Sequence record: PZ445540.1
Reading direction: 5' to 3' (one strand)
From: a phage
Length of the DNA stretch: 40,233 bases
In this document: in pieces, positions 17,934-26,808 of the stretch
Layout: the number at the start of each line of letters is the position of its first letter
Numbering within the stretch: position 1 is the stretch's first letter
Position numbers and translations under genes: made by a program
Notes under the pieces: model-generated
Told to the model about the DNA's origin: nothing
What the model saw: only the letters and a program-made list of their open reading frames with translations
The model's database searches: none

Positions 17934-18202
17934 GCTATGGATACCAAATATTTGATGCTACTGGGGTGGATGTAACTGGCCTGATCACCCCCGTATTTTT
18001 CCTTGACAAGTTGACATCGCCATCAGGGACCAAAACATACCCTGCCCCACCGGCAGGTAAAACGCTTAAGGCATTAGTGATAAATTCCATGCTCTGGAAT
18101 GGTTCTACAGGTAATTCGTCAGTTAGCGTCAGCGGAAATACTGTGACGTGGAGCGGTCTTGCAGGGAATTCTACATTTTTTGCCATGGTTTACTGGGGGT
18201 AG
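17930..18202 (+). CDS. hypothetical protein
   Basis: 90 aa; RBS GGAGA; begins MSYGYQIF, the same motif as the next gene. Confidence 0.4.
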   Translation: MSYGYQIFDATGVDVTGLITPVFFLDKLTSPSGTKTYPAPPAGKTLKALVINSMLWNGSTGNSSVSVSGNTVTWSGLAGNSTFFAMVYWG

Positions 18203-18204
18203 TG

Positions 18205-18822
18205 ATGTCATATGGTATGCAGATTTTGCGGCCGGACGGAAATTTATGGCTAAGTCCTGAGGTAACACCGATGAACCTTATTGATAAAGGTGTCATGGCT
18301 GGAACTAAGGGCGAGGTATTTCAGACGCGCATCCCATCAGGAATACCGGCTATCTTCTTTGTAAGAATGCAGAATGAATTGTACGCATCATTCAGCCAGA
18401 TTGACCAAAACGGATACAACTCACTCAGGATCGATGCTAATGCAGGTGTGGGGAGTATCCATATTTATGCTTTTGCTGCGATGGTAGTTGCTCCTCCAGC
18501 ATTTGGGATCGCGATGTATGACGCTTCAGGGAAAATGATTTATCACGGAAATATGAGGCCACTTGAGTGCTATCAGGTTGCAAGTCAGGGAACAAAAACC
18601 CGTATTGATGTTGGATATCTTGCCGCCGTGTGTCCTGTGCAGATGTCAGTATATTCAGTTGTTAACTCATCGGTTGGTGGATGGAATATATTCGTATCTT
18701 CATCATCAGCAAGTGGAAGCATTGTTTCCACGCCAAGCCGACAAGTTGCAAACACATCTGGTCCGGCAGGGTTCATATGGAGCAATTCAATGTTGGTCAT
18801 TAATGCATCAAAATATGATTAA
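18205..18822 (+). CDS. hypothetical protein (shares N-terminal motif with upstream gene)
   Basis: Internal ATG at 18205 with RBS GGGGG; ~205 aa; begins MSYGMQIL. Confidence 0.45.
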   Translation: MSYGMQILRPDGNLWLSPEVTPMNLIDKGVMAGTKGEVFQTRIPSGIPAIFFVRMQNELYASFSQIDQNGYNSLRIDANAGVGSIHIYAFAAMVVAPPAFGIAMYDASGKMIYHGNMRPLECYQVASQGTKTRIDVGYLAAVCPVQMSVYSVVNSSVGGWNIFVSSSSASGSIVSTPSRQVANTSGPAGFIWSNSMLVINASKYD

Positions 18823-18831
18823 GGAGTCATA

Positions 18832-20001
18832 ATGTCTGCAGGAACTATCACCCTGACAAATGGGTCCGCTGTTGTTGCCGGTACCGGAACCTCATTCGCA
18901 ACCGAGCTCGCCGCTGGTGATTTCATTGTTTCGACTGTGGGCGGTGTGCCCTACACGTTGCCGGTGAAAACAGTCGACAGTAATACCCAACTGACGCTAG
19001 TCAGCAACTTTACCGGGCCAACACAATCCGGCGCAGCCTGGTCTGCCGTTCCTCGCATTGCACTCAATATGGTTACGGCTGCGCTGGTGGCGCAAAGTGC
19101 CGAAGCACTACGAGGCCTGAACTACGACAAACGGAACTGGCAGCAGGTCTTCAGTGGAGCGGGGGATATCACTGTCACAATGCCGGATGGAACACAGTAT
19201 TCCGGTCCATCATGGCCTTCAATTGTCTCCTCTGTCAGCGGAAAGCTATCCTCTGACGCAACTACTCTAAGAAAGCTATTCACCGCTGCATTTGTGAATC
19301 CAGGGGATAACTGGCCGTATCCAGGAGTTACTACATATAATAACAATTTGTGGGGAAGCCCCAGCCAGTGGGGGACTGTACTTACGCTCTCTAATCAGGA
19401 TGTATCAGGTAGTAGTTACGATGGGCGCTGGTATAGTTACCTTCAGATAGATACCACTGGCAACTTTGCCGTTGCAGCGAACATTAACAATAACTTCTTC
19501 GGTGTCTACAGGGTCTGGACTACTAAAAACACAACTGTTGATGGCTCAGGCTTCATCAAGCGCGCCTCGCCGATTGCAAGACTGGTCGCAGACACTTCAA
19601 TTATGAGCGGCGAGTTTACTGACTCGTTTAAAATCTCCGGCAGCGGTGCGGTTAATGAAGAGGCGGAAGGTGTTGATATCGAAAAGCTGGGTGATGGTAG
19701 GTATCGGATTTCCGGTTCTGACGGTCTCGCACAGGATGGGTGGCAGATCGAAGTGCCGAAAGATATTAACGGCAATCGACTTTGCTTTGTTGAGGTCACG
19801 GAGGGTCTTGAGGGTATTCTTTTAAAAGTATTCAAGCCAAAACTTGACCTTGAAACTGGAGGGATCATTGCCGGTGAGTCTTTTGACATTCCAGAGGGGC
19901 GCTGGATTGATGTGAGGCTGCAAATGCCAGCAAGCTCAGCATACAATGTCGTTCAGGGAAAAATCGCAGGGCAACTTGAATCTCAGCAAATGGCCGGATA
20001 A
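18832..20001 (+). CDS. tail fibre protein
   Basis: 389 aa; strong RBS AAGGAG; Gly/Ser/Thr-rich N-terminus typical of fibre proteins; position distal to J. Confidence 0.6.
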   Translation: MSAGTITLTNGSAVVAGTGTSFATELAAGDFIVSTVGGVPYTLPVKTVDSNTQLTLVSNFTGPTQSGAAWSAVPRIALNMVTAALVAQSAEALRGLNYDKRNWQQVFSGAGDITVTMPDGTQYSGPSWPSIVSSVSGKLSSDATTLRKLFTAAFVNPGDNWPYPGVTTYNNNLWGSPSQWGTVLTLSNQDVSGSSYDGRWYSYLQIDTTGNFAVAANINNNFFGVYRVWTTKNTTVDGSGFIKRASPIARLVADTSIMSGEFTDSFKISGSGAVNEEAEGVDIEKLGDGRYRISGSDGLAQDGWQIEVPKDINGNRLCFVEVTEGLEGILLKVFKPKLDLETGGIIAGESFDIPEGRWIDVRLQMPASSAYNVVQGKIAGQLESQQMAG

Positions 20002-20007
20002 ACCAGC

Positions 20008-20036
20008 ATAAAAAAGCCCTGCGACCGGGCAATGAC
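20008..20036 (-). terminator. minus-strand intrinsic terminator
   Basis: Reverse complement reads gcccggtcgcagggc followed by TTTTTTAT. Confidence 0.45.
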
Positions 20037-20265
20037 TCAGCCGCGCCTCTCTGAGCAGGCTACGGGGTGGGTAATTTGAGATTAGTCACCCATAAACGAA
20101 GCCGCCAGATTAAAATTTCAGCGCCAACAGTGGCTTTACAAAACAGTGAGCCGTTTCGCCTTGATCAAATCTACCGATCGATATTACTGTTTATCCATGG
20201 GTCTTCCCTTGTTGTGGTGGCTGAAGGCATGATAATGGCGTATTAAATCGCCAGAGGTCACCACC

Positions 20266-20598
20266 ATGGACGAAAAGTCCCTCTATGCACATATCCTCAA
20301 CTTGTCAGCTCTGTGGCAGGTAAAGTCTCTTTCTCTCGATGAAAATACCGCTTCTGTTACCGTTACTGTCGGAATCGCTGAAAAATACTCAGTTGACCTG
20401 TCGTTAAAAGTGACGCAAGGAAGCGTCCTGCTTATCCGCCTGGCTGGCGAACTGCAGTTTGCAAAATTGATGGGTGAATCGTTTATCACAGAGGATGGTG
20501 AGGCGATAGAAGGCGAATCGTTGGAGGATGTGATCGTTGTAGGCAGGGTGACTTATTTTGTTAATCGGGCAGGGGAAGATGACTGCCCGATACTTTAG
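20266..20598 (+). CDS. hypothetical protein (b-region)
   Basis: 110 aa ORF with RBS AGAGG; no recognisable motifs. Confidence 0.4.
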   Translation: MDEKSLYAHILNLSALWQVKSLSLDENTASVTVTVGIAEKYSVDLSLKVTQGSVLLIRLAGELQFAKLMGESFITEDGEAIEGESLEDVIVVGRVTYFVNRAGEDDCPIL

Positions 20599-20926
20599 AA
20601 ATGATGTGTACATATTGGTGTACTTTATTTCTTTTTAAAGAATAAAAAACTACATAAAAAACATAAAGTTGTTCTGTTGTGTAACTATATCCACTGCAGT
20701 ATTTGAGGGCGGACGTACTGAGCTTAAAGACGGAGCGGTAGTTGAGAAAACCTAATCGGTCGATGTTACCGGCGCTTCAGCAGCGCTTCACCATGAGGCT
20801 ATTCTGGCTTTAATGGATCAAATTGAAGATTTAAAGAAACAGGTAGAGGCATTACAGCCAGGAAGTTGATGAAACCGCCGCTCATCGTAAGCAATGATGG
20901 GCGGCGACAGATTGCCCGAACAATCT

Positions 20927-21193
20927 CTACAGGCCAACCTGGCGAACAGTCGGGAACTCTGAAACCAGCCACATATCGGACTCTTCAAACATTTCCTCCA
21001 GCATGCGGTTCAGCTTTTCCCGATCGCTTTTGCTGGCATCGCTATTCAGGCCGTTCGCCTGCATCGGCTTTACCTTCACTTCGGCATCAGGAAAAATTTT
21101 GTGCACCCGCTTTGTTAGTTCAGCCAGGATGATCTCTCTGGCCCCTTCGAGCCCCTCAACATTACGCTTGTCATAAACCAGTTCTACGAACAT
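20927..21193 (-). CDS. dinI: DinI-like SOS-inducible protein
   Basis: Internal ATG at 21193 with GGAG RBS gives 88 aa; 'ELTKRVHKIFPDAEVKV...DMWLVSE' aligns with the E. coli DinI pattern; LexA box in the promoter. Confidence 0.75.
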   Translation of the reverse strand: MFVELVYDKRNVEGLEGAREIILAELTKRVHKIFPDAEVKVKPMQANGLNSDASKSDREKLNRMLEEMFEESDMWLVSEFPTVRQVGL

Positions 21194-21208
21194 AAATGCT
21201 CCGCTAAT

Positions 21209-21228
21209 CACTGTTTGAATATACAGTA
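21209..21228 (-). promoter_or_regulatory. LexA (SOS) box upstream of the DinI-like gene
   Basis: caCTGTttgaatatACAGta matches CTGT-N8-ACAG with an AT-rich centre, 16 nt upstream of the start codon. Confidence 0.6.
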
Positions 21229-21256
21229 TTTTTGCTTTGGCGGTTTTGTCTGTCAA

Positions 21257-21547
21257 GGCATGAACAACTTGTTTTTATATTTTGGGGAACGTACTGCTGG
21301 CGTGTTTGTTATCGATTAGCCCTACAGGGCTGATGTGGTCTGGCGCTGACTAAAATTATGCGTGGGGCATGGATGGGGCAAAAGTGGTCTGTGAAGTTCG
21401 TTAAAGTTCGTTAATCAAGCTTTATCTCGATCTCTCTCATCCCTTGTTTAAAGCGCTCCTGGACGATCTTTATCGATTTTAAAAACTATGAGTTCATATT
21501 ATACAAATGTAGCAATAGTGCTGCTAACCATTTGAATATAAAGTTTT
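21257..21547. other. candidate attP region
   Basis: Non-coding stretch directly 3' of int; tandem 10-bp repeat agttcgttaa x2 (21395-21414) and a GATGGGGCAAAG motif shared with the int 3' end. Confidence 0.35.
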
Positions 21548-22840
21548 CTACTGCGCTACTAACATGCCTTGGGGCAGCGATGGGGCAAAGCGTGAAAGCG
21601 CCTGGTTAAGCAGAGAAACCTGTTCGGCACTCTTCTCTGACATCCACTTTCCATACACTTTGTAAACCATCTGAGCATCTGTATGCCCCATCTGAGTTGC
21701 TATAAAGTTTGGGTTTGCCCCAGCTGATAATGACCAGCACGCATAAGTGTGTCGTGACTGGTAGGCGTTGCGGTACCGTATTCCGGCGCGCTTGATTATC
21801 GGGGCCCAAATTTTATTAATCGAATTAACCGCGTAGTGATATCCTCTACGAGGCCCATGCTTGACGCATTGAGGACTGAAAACGAAAGTGCAGGGGTGTA
21901 TGACTGACTGGCCATATTCCCGCAATTTCACTTCAATCTCATACTGCCGGCCAAGGCGCGTCAGCTGGGCCTGATTCCTCAGGGCATCAATAGCTGGTTG
22001 AATGAGATAAATCACCCTGTCAGTGCCTGCGTCGGTTTTTGGCAGGGTGAACTCATTCGTCTGGGTAAGGTTGCGTTTCACTGTGATGGTTCCGGCATGC
22101 AGATCGATATCTTCCCACGCCAGACCGCACAACTCCCCATGCCTCATTCCAGTATAGACTGCCAGCGACCAGAGATTTCTCATCTGCTGGTGGCCGCAAG
22201 CCTGGATAAACCGGATAAACTCTTCTGTCGTGAGTGGGTCTGGTTCACCTTTCGCTTTTTTGAGACGGTTAATTCCGCTAAACGGGTTTTCCTTTGCGTA
22301 GCCGTTATCAGCTGCAAACTGGAAGATCTCGGCCATCAGCATCATGTAATTATTCACGGTCGAAGACTTCCTGCCTTGAACCTGTGTCCGGTGATCCTTC
22401 TTCATTACATGAAAACCCGTCAGCAACTCCTTTCTCACGTACAGCAAATCCTCAGTGGTCACCGCAGAAACCATTTTGTTTTCGCCGATGCGCGGAAGCA
22501 TGTTTTTTATGATGGATTCGTAACGACTCATAGTGTTAGAGCTGATTTCCATCCTCTTCAGCTCAGACCACTTTTCGGTAAGCTCCAGCACAGTAATTTC
22601 CTTTCTATCCTGACCGAACCGGGCAAGGTTCGGTGAGTTTGGGAATTTTTCCGCATAGTCAAAATTTCCCATCCTTATCGCAAAACAAACTGAAGAACGC
22701 AGCTCACCAGCTATCTTGCGATTTTTTGCAGTGTCAGGGACACCGAGGTTTTCCCTGACACGTTTACCTTTATACAGAAACCAGATGCGGAGCGAACCGC
22801 CGTGGTTTTCGACGCCTGTCGGGTATGATGCATTAGCCAT
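21548..22840 (-). CDS. int: tyrosine integrase
   Basis: Start set at ATG 22840 (RBS AGGAGGG), 430 aa; C-terminal catalytic region with 'HTYACW' motif typical of tyrosine recombinases. Confidence 0.9.
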   Translation of the reverse strand: MANASYPTGVENHGGSLRIWFLYKGKRVRENLGVPDTAKNRKIAGELRSSVCFAIRMGNFDYAEKFPNSPNLARFGQDRKEITVLELTEKWSELKRMEISSNTMSRYESIIKNMLPRIGENKMVSAVTTEDLLYVRKELLTGFHVMKKDHRTQVQGRKSSTVNNYMMLMAEIFQFAADNGYAKENPFSGINRLKKAKGEPDPLTTEEFIRFIQACGHQQMRNLWSLAVYTGMRHGELCGLAWEDIDLHAGTITVKRNLTQTNEFTLPKTDAGTDRVIYLIQPAIDALRNQAQLTRLGRQYEIEVKLREYGQSVIHPCTFVFSPQCVKHGPRRGYHYAVNSINKIWAPIIKRAGIRYRNAYQSRHTYACWSLSAGANPNFIATQMGHTDAQMVYKVYGKWMSEKSAEQVSLLNQALSRFAPSLPQGMLVAQ

Positions 22841-22884
22841 TGATCCCTCCTGACGTCCAGGAGCGTGGACGAGTGTACTGCTTT

Positions 22885-23139
22885 TCATGCTGTCTTCGCA
22901 CCTGGTTGATTTTTTTTCTGCGCCTCGATCCACTGATCAACGGCTTTTCTGTTGTACATGCATTCGCTCGAAGGCTTTGGATTGCCATCGGGTGAGATGT
23001 GCAGGTACTCGCGGCCCAGCATCCAGGATTCTTTTCTGGCGCGGGTGATGGTTCCGGGCTTGAGCCCGGTAACCGCAATCAGAACCTTTTCGCTAACCCA
23101 GTCATTCGGCACCAAAAGAACAACATCGCTCATACCCAC
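22885..23139 (-). CDS. xis: excisionase-like DNA-binding protein
   Basis: 84 aa; immediately upstream of and overlapping the int reading frame; RBS GAGGTG. Confidence 0.55.
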   Translation of the reverse strand: MGMSDVVLLVPNDWVSEKVLIAVTGLKPGTITRARKESWMLGREYLHISPDGNPKPSSECMYNRKAVDQWIEAQKKNQPGAKTA

Positions 23140-23195
23140 CTCACATCACAATCAGATCACGGCAGTGGAACCACACATTATTCAAATTGACCATT

Positions 23196-23528
23196 TCATC
23201 CATTGGCGGCCTCCTTGCTGAATCCAGCATTGATAACGCTTTTGGCAATTTCGCTGGCGGTGGCGTAGGCCAGCTCTCCATCCTCACCACCAACAGCTTT
23301 CATCAGTTCATTCTTGAGAACGCTCTCGTAATCGCGTGGCCAGAATTCCGTGGGCATGTCGAAGGCCATGCAGTAGAAGAAGGTGTCGATCGTTATTTTG
23401 GCGGCCTCCTCCTCTGTTCTCTCAGGCTGGCGATAACCAGCTTCCCAGATAGCATCGGTCATTGCAGAGGGATCGCCGGCAGCGGATTTAATCAATTGAA
23501 CAAGCTCGAACAAATTCGACTCACTCAC
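23196..23528 (-). CDS. hypothetical protein
   Basis: 110 aa acidic ORF in the early-left operon. Confidence 0.4.
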   Translation of the reverse strand: MSESNLFELVQLIKSAAGDPSAMTDAIWEAGYRQPERTEEEAAKITIDTFFYCMAFDMPTEFWPRDYESVLKNELMKAVGGEDGELAYATASEIAKSVINAGFSKEAANG

Positions 23529-23904
23529 TGCACACCTCCATTTCCCTTTCTACGGACTCACAGCAGCGGCGGAAAATTTCAGCTGATACCTCATTCATCA
23601 GGGCCCTGATGAGCAATTCATCCCGCGATTTTTGACGCTCAATATTTCTCTCTCGCTCCAATTGACGCAATACGGCCAGGCGGGCAGTGATACGTTTCCG
23701 TGTGTTCTGCCACTTAACCCGCGCTACATTTGCCCGGTGCCGCCAGCCGTAGTCGTTGTCGATAACGGTTTCAAGCTGCGAATTGATACTGGCAATGACA
23801 TCTTCAGCCGTGACCAGCGCCTGCAGGTGGTCGTTTATTGTGACCAGTTGGTTAACATCAATGGATTCAGCTTTCATCCAACAATCCTCCAAAGCAGCTT
23901 GCAT
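23521..23904 (-). CDS. hypothetical protein
   Basis: 127 aa; RBS GGAG; Arg/Glu-rich central segment. Confidence 0.4.
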   Translation of the reverse strand: MQAALEDCWMKAESIDVNQLVTINDHLQALVTAEDVIASINSQLETVIDNDYGWRHRANVARVKWQNTRKRITARLAVLRQLERERNIERQKSRDELLIRALMNEVSAEIFRRCCESVEREMEVCSE

Positions 23905-23999
23905 ACTCCGATAAAACAGTAGAACCCCGCTGTTAACCCAATCCCCGTAAGGCTGGAGAAGAAAAGAGTAAACATCACCAGCTCAGATACTTTTTTCAT
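23874..23999 (-). CDS. small hydrophobic peptide (41 aa)
   Basis: Hand-translated MKKVSELVMFTLFFSSLTGIGLTAGFYCFIGVCKLLWRIVG; one predicted TM helix; overlaps the start of the downstream gene. Confidence 0.25.
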   Translation of the reverse strand: MKKVSELVMFTLFFSSLTGIGLTAGFYCFIGVCKLLWRIVG

Positions 24000-24418
24000 T
24001 GGCCCGCACCTTTCTTAGTAGCAGTGATGTAACCTTCCAATCCGCCATAACTGTTCACCATATCCCCCAGTCTTGAGAAACAGGCGTTCAACCAGCGAAT
24101 TCCACGAGGGGTTAGCGTTGGCACCGTGCCCCAGTCGATGAAATCCGAGTTTTTTCGACCCATATAGCGGATGAGATCGAGAATGTTGATGTAATGTGCA
24201 CGGCGACGCTCCATACTCCATCCCTTATCAGCGAGGTACGAGTCGATGAATCCCTGTAATGCTGTCTGATTAAGCGAAATATCACCGTACTGGTGGCGAT
24301 ATACAGGGCGACGGTGCAGGCTGACCAAATGAAACAAGTAGGCATCACATACACATGTCAGAGCCTGCCGGTGGGCCAGCTCAATAGAGCCAGCCGGATT
24401 CCAGATATCATTATTCAC
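23996..24418 (-). CDS. hypothetical protein
   Basis: Start tentatively GTG 24418 (RBS GGAGGG 8 nt upstream, just after the Lar-like stop), ~140 aa; the longer 182-aa ORF would overlap the Lar-like gene. Confidence 0.35.
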   Translation of the reverse strand: MNNDIWNPAGSIELAHRQALTCVCDAYLFHLVSLHRRPVYRHQYGDISLNQTALQGFIDSYLADKGWSMERRRAHYINILDLIRYMGRKNSDFIDWGTVPTLTPRGIRWLNACFSRLGDMVNSYGGLEGYITATKKGAGQ

Positions 24419-24419
24419 T

Positions 24420-24671
24420 TCAGAAACCCTCCGGCTTAATGATCTGAAATCGCCCCACTGATGGGTGCTCAAGAATTTGGTATGAATCTGTCGCTTCTTT
24501 CGGCCGTGGTGCTCGCTGGTTCCAGATGGCCGCAGCCATATCACGAGCTTGCGGAGCTAGACTCACACTGCAGCAATCGCAACGGACTACAAACATTGGC
24601 TCGCCTTCATAAAGCACAGAATCGAAATCTATTTCATCGTTGCCACAAAGTGGGCAAGGAAGCAGTTCCAT
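24420..24671 (-). CDS. lar: Lar-family restriction alleviation protein (zinc ribbon)
   Basis: 'LLPCPLCG...VVRCDCCSV...AAAIWNQRA' fits the Lar-family pattern CPxCG...CxxC...A..WN.R. Confidence 0.6.
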   Translation of the reverse strand: MELLPCPLCGNDEIDFDSVLYEGEPMFVVRCDCCSVSLAPQARDMAAAIWNQRAPRPKEATDSYQILEHPSVGRFQIIKPEGF

Positions 24672-25537
24672 TATTTGGCCTCCGGTGAATAAATCGCTTT
24701 GTCGTGGCTGTACTCGCCATTCAAAGTCTTTTTCATTGGCAGCTCACCTTTCATGTACAGCTGATACAGACGGTGACAGCCTTTCTCCAGCAGTACTGGC
24801 GTAAACTTCGTGAAAGCATCCTTGCCGTGCGGGGTGATCTGCGTCTGGTCTTCCGTCAGATATTTGTCGCGGGCATATGAGGCGACGCGCCAGCGCGGAT
24901 CTTTCTCTGGGTCGCGTTGCTCGTTAAACACCCAGCCACGCTCGGACGCCCACCACATCATTTTGTTGATGTTGACGCCGTTCAGCGCCTTGCTGAATGC
25001 TGGGATCGTCATGCCTTTGGTGAAGTGCTTCTCCAGGCTTTCAACAGTGGCGCTGAGGGTCCTGGTTTCGAGTGCAGCGGCTTCGGCGCGTTCTTCGGCT
25101 TCAATTACCATCAAGGCAAGTTCTTTTCGGCTAAGTGTCAGCGGTGTTGCCGGCGTTGCAATAGAGGCGCGGCGGGTGAAATAAAACTCAGCCATATCGT
25201 CGTAGAATTCCCAGGACTGATCTGTCTCGAGAATTTTGGCGTGGTTAGCTGCACCGCGTTCAGTCCAAAGAGTCAGGGTGCGAGCTTTGCTTGAGATTTG
25301 CAGTCCGCTGAAAGAGTTGCGCAAAATTTCAACATCTCCGCCAGAAAGCTTGAAGTAATGTTTACCTTCAACGAACCGGGATTTGTTGCGGTTGAAGTTG
25401 TTGGTGATCATCTGCTCGGTTGCGCCATATCCTGCCGCCAGCTGTTCAGTGGTCACAACTCGCTGACCGCGATACTCGATGATCTGCAGGTCACGGGCCG
25501 CTACTGGTGCTAATTCTGCTTTCATTGCCATCTTCAT
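24671..25537 (-). CDS. phage antirepressor (ORF6N/KilA-N-type N-terminus + antirepressor C-terminus)
   Basis: 288 aa; N-terminal 'RVVTTEQLAAGYG...FVEGKHYFKLSG' resembles the ORF6N domain of Ant/Bro-type proteins. Confidence 0.65.
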   Translation of the reverse strand: MKMAMKAELAPVAARDLQIIEYRGQRVVTTEQLAAGYGATEQMITNNFNRNKSRFVEGKHYFKLSGGDVEILRNSFSGLQISSKARTLTLWTERGAANHAKILETDQSWEFYDDMAEFYFTRRASIATPATPLTLSRKELALMVIEAEERAEAAALETRTLSATVESLEKHFTKGMTIPAFSKALNGVNINKMMWWASERGWVFNEQRDPEKDPRWRVASYARDKYLTEDQTQITPHGKDAFTKFTPVLLEKGCHRLYQLYMKGELPMKKTLNGEYSHDKAIYSPEAK

Positions 25538-25543
25538 TGCTCC

Positions 25544-26050
25544 TTAATGCAAAACGTGATTGGCTGGCATTGTTTTACCGGTGCGCAGCTGGGCAGCGAG
25601 ATCTACAAAAATCTCGTCGAGAAACTCTGCGAACCACGAATGACCGACTTCTTTCAGGCGCTGATCGTTGGCGTAGTAGAACTGGTAAACCGCCAGATAG
25701 CGTTCCTCAGGCTTGTGCTCGATCAGTGCGCACTCCACATGCTTAATCAGCAGATTTTCAATAAGTTCCCGGGTTAAGCCGAAGGTAAACTCCTCGGTTT
25801 TAAACTGGTATTGCCCGTCACGGAGTCCCCAGCGGTTTTCGCAGCTGATGAGATAAAGAAGGGCGACCGTACCGCGCATGGACTGGACGACGGTTTGAGC
25901 CCACTCATGCTGCTCTTCTAAAGTAAGGGAGCCCTTGCCATAGCGGTTTTCGTCAAGCATCCAACCAGGAATCGTTACGTCGGATTGCTTCTGGATTTCC
26001 TTCAGGCGAGCAACAAGCTGCTTCACGTTATCTTTTTCAAAGTCAGTCAT
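25544..26050 (-). CDS. hypothetical protein
   Basis: 168 aa ORF in the early-left operon. Confidence 0.4.
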   Translation of the reverse strand: MTDFEKDNVKQLVARLKEIQKQSDVTIPGWMLDENRYGKGSLTLEEQHEWAQTVVQSMRGTVALLYLISCENRWGLRDGQYQFKTEEFTFGLTRELIENLLIKHVECALIEHKPEERYLAVYQFYYANDQRLKEVGHSWFAEFLDEIFVDLAAQLRTGKTMPANHVLH

Positions 26051-26265
26051 CTGTCTTTCTCCCGGTTATAGGTTTCATGGCTCATTACTTCCCAGTTCTT
26101 GCCGCCATCGCGGGATAGTAGCCGCCAGCGGAGATTCACACTCAGGCTCAGATAGCCAGTCTTGTGCATGCGGCGGGGGTGGATCCGCCCGGCGCGGTGC
26201 TGGCGCAGCACACGCACAGCCCTTTCGTGAACCCATTCAGGGATTCGGATCGCAGTAAGTGTCAT
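26047..26265 (-). CDS. hypothetical small basic protein
   Basis: 72 aa, Arg/His-rich. Confidence 0.35.
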   Translation of the reverse strand: MTLTAIRIPEWVHERAVRVLRQHRAGRIHPRRMHKTGYLSLSVNLRWRLLSRDGGKNWEVMSHETYNREKDR

Positions 26266-26633
26266 GAATGCTCCTGCGTGATGGCCGCTGTTTTCTTAGC
26301 ATGTTCGACCAGCTCTGCCACAAGCTCATCAACCAGCAGCTTTCCGCTTTCAGTCAGGTATTCGCCATGACCATTCACATCAACTGCATTCCGGTACAAA
26401 TCGCGGATAGCTTTATCGCCTGCCACCGGGCCATGCTCACTTCGCGCCATTTTTTCAAACCGGCACAGAAGCCCGTCGAATAAAATCTCGGTCAGCTCCA
26501 TGGTCGTTATTCCGCCTTTCGGAAGAGTAATAACAATGCAGGTTGTGCCTGTTTTACGTTGGTGGCGTAATAACGCTGCCTTTAAAATTCGGCGTCGGTA
26601 GGTTTCAATTACGTTGTTTTTCACGGCGTTCAA
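26262..26633 (-). CDS. hypothetical protein
   Basis: 123 aa ORF in the early-left operon. Confidence 0.4.
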   Translation of the reverse strand: MNAVKNNVIETYRRRILKAALLRHQRKTGTTCIVITLPKGGITTMELTEILFDGLLCRFEKMARSEHGPVAGDKAIRDLYRNAVDVNGHGEYLTESGKLLVDELVAELVEHAKKTAAITQEHS

Positions 26634-26808
26634 ACTCCGAATCCATCCACATAGAAACCTGAGCCGATAAATCGAGGCAGAGGCCTGATAAGGAAATTAT
26701 TTGCTCAATATCCATATCAGTAATGTTCGAGTTAATTAACTCCATTAACTGATAAAGGTTATCTGCTGTGTTTTTAGCGGTTTCGATTGAACTATCTTTG
26801 CTAAGCAT
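26605..26808 (-). CDS. hypothetical protein
   Basis: 67 aa ORF, AT-rich. Confidence 0.3.
   Translation of the reverse strand: MLSKDSSIETAKNTADNLYQLMELINSNITDMDIEQIISLSGLCLDLSAQVSMWMDSEFERREKQRN

Noticed and set aside
20181-20200. LexA-box-like sequence tactgtttatccatgg upstream of the 110-aa b-region gene
   Set aside because: Has the CTGT half but lacks the ACAG half at the correct spacing.
20770-20870. Short coiled-coil-like peptide (…HHEAILALMDQIEDLKKQVEALQPGS) that could be a tail-fibre or assembly gene remnant
   Set aside because: Open reading frame is only ~36 codons with a stop just upstream; too short to distinguish from chance.
21998-22636. 212-aa plus-strand ORF, plus the other ORFs antisense to int
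   Set aside because: They lie entirely within, and antisense to, the well-supported integrase gene and have no RBS; likely spurious.
22841-22933. N-terminal extension of the integrase ORF (461-aa version)
   Set aside because: An internal ATG at 22840 has a strong AGGAGGG RBS and gives a typical 430-aa integrase; the extension would overlap the excisionase gene.
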